A program made the translations under genes and the position numbers. The notes under the pieces were generated by a model. The model searched no databases and was not told where the DNA came from. It saw only the letters and a list, made by a program, of their open reading frames with translations. 64,000 nucleotides of DNA from Carcharhinus amblyrhynchos (lineage: Eukaryota), in contig OZ336873.1 in assembly GCA_965287045.1 (NCBI GenBank), forward strand, positions 18,476,001 through 18,540,000, read 5' to 3'. Every line of letters starts with the position of its first letter. The first letter of the stretch is position 1. Positions 51,426 to 63,838 of the stretch are shown here, one piece after another.

Positions 51426-52839
51426 ACAAATGTGGCCTCCCTGCAGCATGCTTCATGTGGTGGGAGGCAGTGTGCGTTTTGTTGGCGACAAGATCTTCCG
51501 GTCTCGCCACTCTCAATAGGATTTCTCATTGATTTCACCCCATGCCACCAGGACACCTGCTGCAGGGACATTCCACAAGCAGGAAAAGAGGATCCCATCA
51601 ATGTGAACAACTAGAAAATTCCAGCCATAATCCACATCATCAGTAACATAAAATCATGTGGTAGAGCATGGACGTGAGATGGTACATGTCGAGCTTCATG
51701 GAGAAATTTCCTTATAAATATTTAGCATAATATTGAAGATAAGTATCAGAATTTTCCAGCCCCTTCATGGCGGGACCCACCAAAATTTTTGGCCCAGCCA
51801 AAAATCCATTGCCTTTTGGCAGGACTAGGTGATCCTGCAGCAGGTGAAGCTGGAAAATCCCACCCAGAATTTGCTAATAGTATTCCCTCCAGCCTTACCT
51901 GTAAGTCTAGAATCATGACTACCACACCCCAGACCAAACTCAGCAATAATAAAGCAACTATACAACCTGATGGAATCTTTGGGCAACCTTTTTCACTGTT
52001 AGAGAGAAACATGATCAATGGCATAAATGGTTGAAAGACACCATTATTACAGTTGTGAAGGACCTTTCAATATAGAAAAGAGATTTGCCAGCATTTTGTT
52101 TAGGTAAGCAGTTCCCTTTAAATAATCTTCAGTGTTGTCTGTAGTTCCTCTTTCTGCTGACTGAGGGAGCTAAACTGATGCTTCAGAAACTGAACACATC
52201 CTGTTCCTTCAGCTAACATTTCAGATCATTCATTGCAGTGCGCTGACTATACCGACTGATATTCACGTCAGGAAACTTAAACAAATGATCTGATTTAAGA
52301 AAGCTATTTTCACAAATGTACCAGATTTAGTCACAGACAAAAGCATGAAAGAAAAACTCAATTTTCACCATTATTAGACTCGGAGTTAAACAAGGTAAAG
52401 CAATCTGAAATATTCCTGCACATACCCAGATTTCAGGTCTAGATGTCGTGATCATGCTGTTTGCATTGTTAAATAATTTCATGGAAAGAAGCATTTAAAA
52501 CTTCTGAATTGCCTTTTTAGTGCCCACATTTGGGCATCTGGCCCCTAAGGGATGTCCTGTCCATGGCTAGATGGTGAGAGTTATATTCAGCCTAATAGGG
52601 GTACACTTGGAGGAATTCTTGGCATGGACTGGGAGCTCCTACAGACATGCCTCTAAAGATTGCACTGTGTGGAAAACAAAACAACTTTCCTGGCTGGAAT
52701 TTCACATGTATTCCAGGAGATTGGCTAAACATCTGGGTCCTGCTCAAGCATCTGCATTTCGCAGCTCTTCTGTCTGAATGATGTCCCAACACTACTTCAG
52801 AAATTTCACAGACAGCTGGACATAGAACATCAAAGATGT

Positions 52840-53125
52840 GGTGGAGGTGCTGACGTTGGACTGGGGTGGGCACAGTAAGAAGTCTCACAACACCAGCTTA
52901 AAGTTCAATAGGTTTATCTGGAATCATGAGCTTTCAGAGCACTGCTCCTTCATCAGGTGAGTGGAGAGGTAGGTTTCACAAACAGAGCATATGTAGACAA
53001 AGACACAATTCAAGATAATGTTTGGAATGCAAGTCTTTTCAGGTAATCAAGTCTTTACAGGTACAGACAGTGCGGATGGAGAGAGGGTTAATCACAGGTT
53101 AAAAAGGTGTGAATTGTCTCAAGCT
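52840..53125 (-). mobile_element. Penelope-like terminal fragment with hammerhead core
   Basis: TSD ATCAAAGATGT at 52829-52839 and 53126-53136. Minus strand CACCTGATGAAGGAGCAGTGCTCTGAAAGCTCATG. Confidence 0.75.
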
Positions 53126-54247
53126 ATCAAAGATGTTGATAGAGAACACAAATTTTTCAGACATTCTGATTGATGTAAAGTGACTAGTTTGCATTTAATC
53201 AGTGCATTAAGGGGAACGGCTGTCAGTAAATCACAAGCTCAGTGGAGGAATTGTAAATCAGATATTTTGCCCCACTATTCACTACTAATATCAGCTATAT
53301 TTCTAGGTTTGTATTTTGTTCATGGGATGTGAGTGTCATTGGCAAAACTATCGTTTATTGCCCATCCCTAATTGCCCTGGTGAAGCTGGTGGTGAGCTGC
53401 CTTCTTGAACTGTTGCAATCAATCTGGTGCTGTTAGGAAGATGTTTGACACTGTGACAGTGAAGAGACAATGATATAGTTCCACGTCAGGATAGTGTATG
53501 GTTTGAAGGGGAACTTGCAGTTTATGATGTTTCCATACACCTGGTGCCCTTGACTGTACAGATGGGTGTTTGGAAGGTGCTGTTGAAGGAGCCTTGGCAA
53601 ATTGCTGCACTGCATCTTGTAGGTAGGACTTAGTACTGCCACTATGCACTGGTGTTGGAGACACTAATTGTTTAAGGTAATGGATGGCGTAGCCATCAAG
53701 TGGCCTTCTTTGCCCTGGATGGTGTCAAGCCTCTTGAATGTTTTTGAATCCGCACTCATCCTGGCAAGTGGGGAGTATTCCATCACGCTTCTGACTTGCG
53801 CCTTGTCAATATGGACAAGCTTTGGGGAATGAGGAGGCGAGTTACTTGATACATTCCCAGTTTCTGACCTGTGTTTGTAGCTACACTATTCACAATGTTG
53901 GCCTACTTAAGTTATTGGTCAATGGTAACCACCCCCCCAGGATCTTGATGGTGGGGCTTTCAGAGATGGGAATGATAATATTTTGCAATATCGAACATCA
54001 TCATTCAATCTTTGAACAAAACCAAAGTACTGCGGATGCTGGTAATCAAAAATTAAAACAGAATACGCTGGAAGAACTCCGGAGATCAGATAACATCACT
54101 GAGATGAGAGGCAGAATCTTTCAGATGGGTACCTTTTAATGGAGCTAAGATGGGCTATTTGAAGGCAAGAGAGATGTGGTTTCTGACTATCCAATTTGCC
54201 CATTTGAGTCAGTGGCAGCTCCACTGGCTGGGTCATATGAGCCAAAT

Positions 54248-54590
54248 GGCATGGTGGTATTGTTGCTGGACAAGTAATCCAAAGACCCAGGGTAATGTTC
54301 TGGGGACCTAGGTTCAAATCCCACCATGGCAGCTGGTGAAATTTGAATTCAATAAAAATCTGGAATTAAAATGTCTAATAATGAGCTTGAAACCATTGTC
54401 AATTGTTGTAAAAACTCATCTGCATCATTAATATCCTTTAGGGAGGGAAATCTGCCATCCTTACCCAGCCTGGCCTACACATGACCACAGACCCACAGCA
54501 ATGTGGTTGACTCTTAAATGTTCTCAGGGATGAGCAGTAAACGCTGGCCCAGCCAACGACACCTCCTGCCCATGAATGAATAAAAAAGAA
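54248..54590 (+). mobile_element. tRNA-derived SINE, second family, full length
   Basis: Head GGCATGGTGG..., B-box GGTTCAAATCCC, core GGGAAATCTGCCATCCTTACC and tail CCCATGAATGAATAAAAAA. Confidence 0.8.
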
Positions 54591-54865
54591 AATGGATGAT
54601 GACCTCTAAGATGAGCTTGGCATATGACCAGGAGGTCGCCCACGTCTGTGATACAAAGACTTCTGTAAGTGGGACTTCAAGCTGATTGGGATTGGAATCG
54701 ATGCATGGGAATCCTTTACAGCTGACTGGAGTGTCTGGAGTCAAGAAGTCAGGAACAGAGTTGACAAGCAGAGGACAAAATAAATAACGAGATGGTGAAA
54801 AAGAGAAGCCAGCGGAAGGAAAAGAGAAATCAGTTAACCTTGGACTACTGCTGCTTATCTATGGG

Positions 54866-55175
54866 GTGGCATGGTGACAAGGTGATTAGCACTGTTGCCT
54901 CACTGCACCAGGGACCCGGGCTCAGTTCCCAACTTGGGTCACTGTCTGTGTGAAGTTTGCACATTCTCCTCAGATCTGCTTCTCCATATGCTCCGGTTTC
55001 CTCCCACAGTCCAAAGATGTATGGGTTAGGTGGATTGGCCATGATAAATTACCCCTTAGTGTTAGGGTGACCAGCTAGGGTAAATATTTGTGGTTATGGG
55101 GATGGGGCCTGGTTGGCATTGTGGTTGGTGCAGACTCAATGCCTCCTTCTGCACTGTTAGGGATTCTACGATTCA
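54866..55175 (+). mobile_element. HE1-type SINE
   Basis: Head, V-domain and CR1-type tail. Confidence 0.82.
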
Positions 55176-57029
55176 ATGGTGATTCATCTATGGCACCTCA
55201 GAAGGGACAGCCACCCACAAATTTGCTTCTACAGTCACAACAGGCAATGTTCAATCCAGAAGTGACTTACACCCCAGGCGCAACCCATCATCTCCCATGA
55301 TGGATGGATACTGCTCGTTGTCTCCTATAAGGAGCAAAGGTTTTATTGAAAAACCTACCTGTTTGGCCAATTGGGATTTATTGCTAATAGGTTTTTAGCT
55401 GCTAATAGAAGGCTGTTTGCTATTCTCACTGACTACTTGACAGACAATCAAGACAATCTATACTTGGAGTAAAATGGAAGTATCTGCTCTATGTATTTGT
55501 ATAGAGGGTCTTCCTTTGTTAGTTTATCATTTCATTTTGTAGTATTTGTTTTATTTTACAGCAGTCCTATTTCCAAGATAGCTAAGGCATCGGTCTTGAC
55601 TTAACTGTGATACTCCTGACTTATCTGTTGTTTGGTTATCTGTGGAGATTCACATACAATTAGACATTTCCTTCTAAGACATCTGGAGAATAGACTTTAG
55701 GCTTTAAGCAAATAATATCCTATTAATTATTGGTGGCCTGAGGGTCGCCCCAGCTAGATTGTTGGATCTGGAACAGCCTTTTCGTTTAGGCTTCCTGAAA
55801 GAAAATTACATTTTCCCATATTCCCGACAGTATTATGTAATACTACAGCATCTGGTTCGGATACGAGCCAATAACGTCAGATAGAAACCAAGTAGCCTTC
55901 AATTAATCCCAATCAAGGAAGAATAATTTGCTACTCTGATTACATTTTGCGATCAGTTCACACAAGGGGAAAATATTGAGAAATTGTCAGGGAGTAAATG
56001 GGTAAATTGTTTATATTGTCATATAAATAATTATGACATTTTATTTGGTTCCACTTGTCATCTTTTCAAATGATTCTTCAAAAGATCAAACCATTCATCT
56101 TAATTTGGCACCAGCAGGATCCTGAATCTGGGTTAATGCTTAATAAAGGTATGGAACATTCTGTGCTCTAGATTTGCCCAATATTTATAACATTATTATT
56201 CAATGTCTGTATCCAGATGGAAGTTCGCTAAACTGTCGCTACAGCCCTGTGTTTAGCCCTGAGAGACTGCCCCAATATGGTTGATGAATGGAATATTCTC
56301 AATAAAATTGAAGACTTGACTCAAGATAATACTTTAAATGCTCATGGGTCAATCCAACTGTGCAAATTGAGAAAACAGTACAAGAGCTATTTTGCTGTTT
56401 TTAGCTAGTTTGAAAGGGATATTGTCAAATACAAGATTAACAAGCCTAGAACAAGATTTGACATGAGAAGACTTCCCCTCTTGCTCAAATACTAACTATG
56501 CAAAAGACTCCTGCCAAAAACAGCTAATGTTGGGCGTTTTTAGAGAATAGCTAGACAAATATGTGACGCGGAATAGGATTCAGATTCAGCCATCCAAAAA
56601 AAGTAATTATTTGTTATGTGATGAGGTGCATTGACAGGCCTGCTGGAAAGCCTGTTCTTACTGTTAAAAAGGATCCGACACTGATTTGGCGCAGAGCTTC
56701 ACACAGAGCTTGGAGCCCATCCTTTCCAGTGTGGAAATGATGGCCAATCCCATGATGGCGCTTATGGCCTTGTCCATTATGCAGTGTCTGATAGCTGATA
56801 TCTCTACTTACACTGCAGCATAGACAGAAGCTGCCCAACATCTGAGTGCTGCCGTGAAAGCTCCAACTAAGATCATGAAATATCAACATCCTGTCATACA
56901 AGTGCGGGCTCTCACAACACAGCCATCTGGCCTTCAGCTGTTTCCTGGGATTGCCGAGGTATTGCCCCGAGGCAGTGGCTCGATGGAATACAAACTTGCA
57001 GCCCTCGCTCAGGATGACAGCATGCACTC

Positions 57030-57760
57030 CCCATCTCCAACCCTTTTCCCCGTAACCCCTAATCCCCTTATCAATCAAGAACCCGTCTATCTCTGTCTTA
57101 AAGACACTCAATGACCTGGCCTCCACAGCCTTGTGCGGCAAAGAGTTCCACAGATTTACCACTCTCTGGCTGAAAAAAATTCTCCCTCATCTCTGTTTTA
57201 AAGGATCGCCCCCTTAGCCTGAGGTTGTGCCCTCTGGTTCTAGTTTTTCCTACTAGCGGAAATATCCTCTCCACATCCATTCTATCTACACCTTGCAGTT
57301 TCCTGTAAGTTTCAAAAAGATCCCCCCCTCATCCTTCTAAACTCCAATGAGTGCAGAAGCAGAGTCCTCAACCCTTCCTCATACGACAAGCTCTTAATTC
57401 CAGGGATCATTCTTGTGAACCTTCTCTGGACTCCTTCCAAGGCCAGCACATTCTTCCTTAGATATGGGGCCCAAAACTGCTCACAATACTCCAAATGAGC
57501 TCTGACCTGAGCCTTATACAGCTACAGAAGTACACCCCTACTCTTGTATTCTAGCCCTTGCGACATGAATGCTAACGTTGAATTTGCCTTCCTAATTTCC
57601 AACTGAATCTGCATGTTAACCTTAAGAGAATCTTGAACAAGGACTCCCAAATCTCTTTGTGTTTCTGATTTCCTAAGCATTTTCTCATTTCGAAAATAAT
57701 CTCTGCCTCCATTCCTCCTTTCAAAGTGCATGACCTCACACTTTACAACATTGCATTCCC
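57030..57760 (-). mobile_element. CR1 LINE 3' fragment
   Basis: EYCEQFWAPYLRKNVLALEGVQRRFTRMIPG and VNLWNSLPHKAVEA. Confidence 0.88.
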
Positions 57761-59020
57761 CGGTGGACTGTTCTATGATTCTTCTTACAACAGCATGGCT
57801 TTGATTATACACCCGCTAGTCATGTGTGAAGCAGAGTCATGAACCAGGTGTTAAGTACTGTCTTATTGCCCAGCAGCAACCCTCTGGTTCATAATGGTGG
57901 AACCAAGGCTGAGGGAATTGGAATTGGCACGGTGGCACAGTGGTTAGCACTGCTGCCTCACAGTGACAGGGACCCGGGTTCAATTCCGGCCTTCCGGAGT
58001 GTCTGGGGTGTGGAATTTGCACCTTCTACCTATGTCTGTGTGGGTTTCCTCCAGAGGATCCAGTTTCCTCCCACAATCCAAAGATGTGCAGGTTAGATGG
58101 ATCGGCCATGCTAAATTGTCCCTTAGTGTCCCAAGATGTTTAGGTTAGGAGGGTTTGTGGAGTAAATACATAGGGTTACAGGGGTGGGCCTGGGAAAGAT
58201 ACTTTACTGGAGAGTTGGTGCGGTTGAATGGTCTCCTTCCTCAGGGTAGGGATTTAATGAATGAATCATTACCGCAGGCAGAATAGCAGGCATGCCCCAA
58301 CATGATGTGCCAAGCATGGCTGCACACCAAGTACACATTCAGGGAGTGGAATTCTTTGTGGTTGCAGTTACATTTTGACATTCAGATATAATGTCTGCCA
58401 AGCCATGTTTGCATTTGATTGGCCTCTGTATCATGGGGCAACTTGATACCCTGGCAAGGCCTCATATACTGATCAAAATAACAAACTCCTTTGGAATAGC
58501 GAGCGTCAATTACCTCTCTCATTCACTGTGGACATCAGACTAGAAGGTGTTACAGACCTGCTCCGGCGTGGAATTACTCTGATGGCAGAGATTTCATTGC
58601 CGTAAGATTTTCACAGTCACTGGACACAGTAAGAAGTCTCAGAACACCAGGTGAAGGAGCAGCGCTCCGAAAGCTCGTGATTCCAAATAAACCTGTTGGA
58701 CTTTAACCTGATGTTCTGAGATTCTTACTGTGCCCATCCTAGTCCAATGCCAGCATCTCAGTCGCTGGAGGCATCATCCTTGACCCGCCATGAGCCTGAA
58801 GGTTTGCCAACAAGAGATGGCAGATATCTATGAGCACAAGCTTTGGCTGAAGTAGGAAATGTATTGCTGGACAGTGGCCATGCTGACGACCTTGGGCAAA
58901 TAGGCAACCCACTGAGAGACCTCCTTCTTCTCCTCCTGTGAATAGCTGACCCTCTTCTATGCTCCCTTTTCTGCATCTCTATCTCATGCTGCAAGCCAAG
59001 ACGGCTGCTTGCTACGAGAT
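57761..59020 (-). pseudogene. Decayed PIF/Harbinger DDE transposase, split by a SINE (57925-58260) and a Penelope piece (58625-58758)
   Basis: Colinear motifs: Arg-rich N-terminus; VTVKI..TAM..; PMIQRPIKCKH (cf. FP.VQGAIDCTH); NHKEFHSLNVYLVC at 58363-58322 (cf. NRKGFHSLNVQLVC); LLGNK..TWFMTLL; YNQSHAVVRRIIEQSTG. Confidence 0.75.
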
Positions 59021-59370
59021 CCACGGGATCTTTAATTCTTCACCTGCATGACCATTTCCTGTTGATGTCAATAACTTCAGGCCGCTCTCGAAACCACCAA
59101 GCATTTCTACAAAGCTGCAGTTCAGAATAATCTGCAACTGATCGAAGAGTGATTGATGATCCAGTGAAAGCAGGATGCATTTATCGTATAAATAAGTTTT
59201 CAGATCATATCTCTCGAGGTTTAACTGTGGCATGTGCCTGCCCCAACTCCAAGAATTCTGGGAGAAATGGCCACATGATTAACTCCAGAATAGGACCTCT
59301 CTAACTTCTATAACCAAGAAATTGTCAAATCGAAGCCAGGAGTGGGAATAAAGGTACACTGAAATCCTAA

Positions 59371-60432
59371 GGGGGTGATCTTAACAGCGTCGGTCGATTG
59401 GCATGGCAACTGGTAGGGTTGCAAGAGAGATGAAAAACTGATCACGTACTGAGCTTTGAGCCCCTTGTGATGCTACCATCACTGAATTGCCAGAATAATC
59501 AGACTTGCACCTGGAAAGTGGGTGAGGCTGATATTAATATTCATGATCTGATTTAAATGTTATTGCTGAGCCTGGGACGTAATCATCTGGGCTCCTTTGC
59601 CTTAACAGCCTTGCCAGAGTTCCTCACTACTGGAGATCACATATGGTCCCCAGCAACAGGAAACAAAGGTAATGGCCTTGCTGGTGGGACAGAAGCCATT
59701 GAGACCCCCCAGATAGTTGGGGGCAGGGGTGGCAGTCCCCCTAGGGCAGTGCCATCTTGACACTGCCAGTCTGGGACCCTGGCATTCTCAGCTGGGACTC
59801 TGGCAGTACCAGCCTGGCACCCTGGCACTGCAAGCCTGGAACCCTGGCAGTGCCCACCAGTAATGGGGCAATGTCAAGGAATGAAGTCTATTGGGAGGGA
59901 TTGGGGCCTAAGGGCTGGCAATGTTTGGTGAGCTGCAAACTCTACAATCACGGGTCACTTGGGGCAGCAATTGACATGAGAGGGGTTGTGAATGGGGTAG
60001 AGATCAACCTGGGATGGGGCATTGAAACAGGTGTGGTCGGAGGGTGAATGGGGGGGTGGTAGTCAGCTGGAGGGAGAATTGGGGGGTTGTGATTGGAGGG
60101 TGCCCACAATCGGAGGGGAAGGTAGGAACAGGTGGTGATCGAGAGCAGGGGGAGGTGACACCTGGAGGATTGGGAGAGTAATGATCTCCCCATGCCATAC
60201 GTACTATTGTACATAGTACAGTGGGAGATCATGGTGCATGCGCAATTGTGCCCTTTAGCACTCAGCAACCGGCTTTCTGGCATGAATAGACTCCATCCAC
60301 TTCCCTACTGGTGAGAATCACACTTTGCCTCACTTTTTTCTACCTGCAATCAAACTTAAAATTTTCTTTCACTGGAAGAAACGGTGTTTTCACCCTTGTT
60401 CGGCACTTAGGGTTCTTTTGGTGAGATCGATC
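59371..60432. mobile_element. Probable non-autonomous DNA transposon (Harbinger-like)
   Basis: Begins TAA|GGGGGTGATCTTAAC and ends ...GGTGAGATCGATC. GC-skewed interior with GGCA(C/G)TGCC repeats. TIR match is weak. Confidence 0.35.
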
Positions 60433-60942
60433 GGATAGCAACGTCGAAAAAAGTCTTTGATTTCTGCAAAGATAACTAGTTTCAGATGCAACTATAAGTA
60501 TATTTCATCCTATGCAACAAACATTTACAGATCTATGAGAGGTGGAAACACCTTTGAGTCTTAAGGTAATAGTATTCACCCCCTTTCCTCAAGAATATTG
60601 AGTCAACATTGGTTGAGAAGGGATAATGTCATTTAATCTGGAACTATTAAGCCCCACTCCCCCAAAAAGTAGCTATAGTACAAGACACAACTGGATTTTT
60701 AAACAAAGGTAGTAGTTGTCACAGTGATTGTGGCACTGCCTAAATTCTGCTGAAGGTTTTCTTCCCAATCATTGTACAATAATACCAAATTGGTTTTAAG
60801 GAGTCCAATGTCAAGGAAATGCCCCTTTCAGTGAATTGGATATTTCCCAATTGAGAAGATAATGAGTTGCTCTGGGTGAGTTGCTCTTGCAGAGAGCCAG
60901 CCTGGTTACAACATGCTGAATGGTTACCTCTTGTGTGGTGCA

Positions 60943-61285
60943 GAGGACATGATGGCTCTATGGTAATATCATTCGATACGTAAACAAGAGGTTAATGCTC
61001 ATGGGACCTGGGTTCAAATCCCATCACCACAGAGGGTGAAATCTGAATTCAATGAATAACCTGGAATTGACCATGGAACCGTTGTCAATTGTTGTAAAAG
61101 GCCATCTGGTTCACTTAAGTCCTTAAGGGAAGGGAATCTGCCATCCTTACCTGATCTGGCTTACATTTGACACCAGATCCACAGCAATGTGGTTGACTCT
61201 TAAATGCTCTCTGAACAAGGCCAATTAGGGATCGGTAATAAATGCTGATCTAGCCAGTGAAGCCCGCACCCATGAAGAATAAAAC
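60943..61285 (+). mobile_element. tRNA-derived SINE, second family
   Basis: Homologous to 54248-54590. Confidence 0.8.
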
Positions 61286-61822
61286 AAAGTTCTATGACTC
61301 TATGGCATATATTCAAACAGTGGAACTGAAATCAAATTCCAACTACTGTTGATTATCTGCTATTTTGTAAAGCCAGTTTTTCACCACTAGAGGGCAACAC
61401 ATTCCTGCAAAAGGCCAGAAATTAAACCAAAATTAGCAATGGGGGAAATTGCAAACTTTGAGAAGTTTCAGTACGCTGTCCTCCCGTGAAAATAAAAATG
61501 GGCTTTACAAAATAGCAGATAATCTAGAGGGACTTTGAACTGATTTAAATCCCACTGTTTGTGCATATTCCATAGGATCATAGAATGTTTACAGCACAGA
61601 AGGTGACCATATCTATGTTCGCTCTCTGCAAAAACAACTCACTCAGAACTACTTCCCCATCATTTCCCTCGTAGCCCTGCAATTCTTTTCTTGGTGCTTA
61701 TCCAATTATATCTGAAAGCTAAATTGAATCTGTGCCCAACGCACACTAAACCATGCGCCATGTAAATGTTTTTTTTCCTCAAGTCATTGCCAATTATTTT
61801 AAATTGGTGCCCCCTTAAATTA

Positions 61823-62360
61823 GCGGGACGGTGGCACAATGGTTAGCGCTGCTGCCTCACAGCACCAGGGACCTGGCTTCAATTTCTGGTTTGGGTCACT
61901 ATCTGTGTGGACTTTGCACACTCTCCCCATGTTTGTGTGGGTTTCCTCCAGGTTTTCCGGTTTACTCCAATGGTCCAAAAGATGTGCTGGTTAGGTGCAT
62001 TGGCCATAAGAACATAACATAAGAACATAAGAAATAGGAGCAGGAGTAGGCCATCTAGCCCTTCCAGCCTGCCCCGCCATTCAATAAGATCATGGCTGAT
62101 CTGTCGTGTCTCAGTTCCACTTTCCCGCCTTCTCCCCATAACCCTTAATCCCCTTGCCTATCAAAAACCTATCTACCCGCGTCTTAAATATATTTAGCGA
62201 GGCAGCCTCCACCACTTCAACGGGCAGAGAATTCCAGAGATTCACCCATGCTCAATTCTCTCTCTGTGTACCCAAACAAGTGCCAGAATGATTTTCACTT
62301 TAACTTCATTGCAGTGTTAATGTAAGCCTACTTGTGACACTAATAAATAAACTTAGACTT
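61823..62360 (+). mobile_element. HE1-type SINE (alternative tail) with a young CR1 3' end inserted at 62008-62245 (-)
   Basis: SINE splits at CCAT, duplicated at 62004-62007 and 62246-62249. The insert is highly similar to 39157-39380. Confidence 0.85.
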
Positions 62361-62364
62361 AAAA

Positions 62365-63250
62365 CATGTAAACGCTGGTTCTTGCTACTTCTGCAAATGG
62401 GAACAGTTTCTCTCTATCTGCTGAGTCCATACCACTCATGATTCGCAACACCTCTATCAAATTTTCTCTTAACCTTTCTGTTCTCAAAAGACCTCAGCTT
62501 CTCCAATCAGTCTACATGAGTGAGCTTCCTGGAGCTATTCTTGGCAATCTTTTCTACATCCTTTCTAAAGCTTTCACATTTTTCATTAAGTGTGGTGCCC
62601 AGAATTGGATATAGTGCTCCCAATGAGATCCAATTGCTGTCTTATAAAAGTTCATATAACATATTCACTATGTTGCTAAGCTCTTGATCCAGTGTGCTTT
62701 TTTTCATTTATCATCCTGCTTTAATTTGTGTATATATAATCTGTTCCTGCACCTCCTTTTGTTTCATACTGCCTCTCTTCATTCTTCCTACCAAAATGTA
62801 CAACTTCCCATTTATCAGGTTTCATCTCCACTTGTCTGCCCATTCTCTCTATGTCCTCTTCAAGTCAACACTATGCTCTGCACAATTCACAACACTTCCA
62901 AGTTCTGTGTCATTTGCAATTTTTGCAGTTGTGCTCTGTCCATCCCAGTTTAAAACATTAATATATGTCCGGAGAAGCAGTGGCCCTCATACTAAACCCT
63001 GGGAACTCCACTGTATACCTCCCTCCAGTCGGAAAAACAATCACTCAACACTACTCTCAGGTTCTTCTCACTCAGCCAACCTTTTATCCATGATCCCATT
63101 GCTGCTTTTCATTCCAAGGACTTCAACTTAGCTGGTAAGCCTGTCCAAGGCACTTAATCAAACACCTTTTGACTGACCATGTCTGTCAAATCAGCCATAT
63201 ATCTACCTTTCATCAACACTCTCTGTTACCTCATCAAGAAACCCAATCAA
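62365..63250 (-). mobile_element. Old CR1 LINE RT fragment
   Basis: Degenerate SGIQWSSQGLV.GPLL..YINVL...IANDTELG region, colinear with CR1 RT. Confidence 0.6.
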
Positions 63251-63584
63251 GCAATTGCAACTATATTCCTGCACAGTTGCAGTTTATTGACATGTCAAAA
63301 TAGAAGGAGAAAGGTTATTTTCAATTTATTATACAGTATTTAATTCTTGATTCTAAAAATAAAGTCCAAAATGATTTCAAGACTCTGTATTTTTCTTGTT
63401 GTTCTACTTCTTCTTTCTGCCCTCGTGTGCAAAAAGAAATGCAGGCTTCGAAAGTCAACTAAGGTGCTACACAGACTGTTTCAGTACTCCTTCTAAGCAC
63501 TTATCACCCAGTTTCTCCAACACATTGGTTATCACACGTGTGTGTACACAAGAGTGTGAAATGAGCATTGTCGACATTGTTCAA

Positions 63585-63838
63585 TTCCAGCCTCAGGTGA
63601 CTGTGTGGACTTTGTATGTTCTCCCTATATCTGCGTAGGCTTCCTCCGGGTGCTCCGGTTTCCTCCCACAGTTCAAATACGTGCAGGTTAGGTTGGTTGG
63701 CCATGCTGAATTGTCCCCTAGTGTCAGGGGAATTAGCAAAGTAAATATGTGGGGTTACGGGGATAGGGACTGTGTGGAATTGTTGTCAGTAGATGATGCG
63801 CCAAATAGCCTCTTTCTGTACTGTAGAGATTCTATGAT
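63585..63838 (+). mobile_element. HE1-type SINE, 5'-truncated
   Basis: V-domain and CR1-type tail. Confidence 0.8.
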
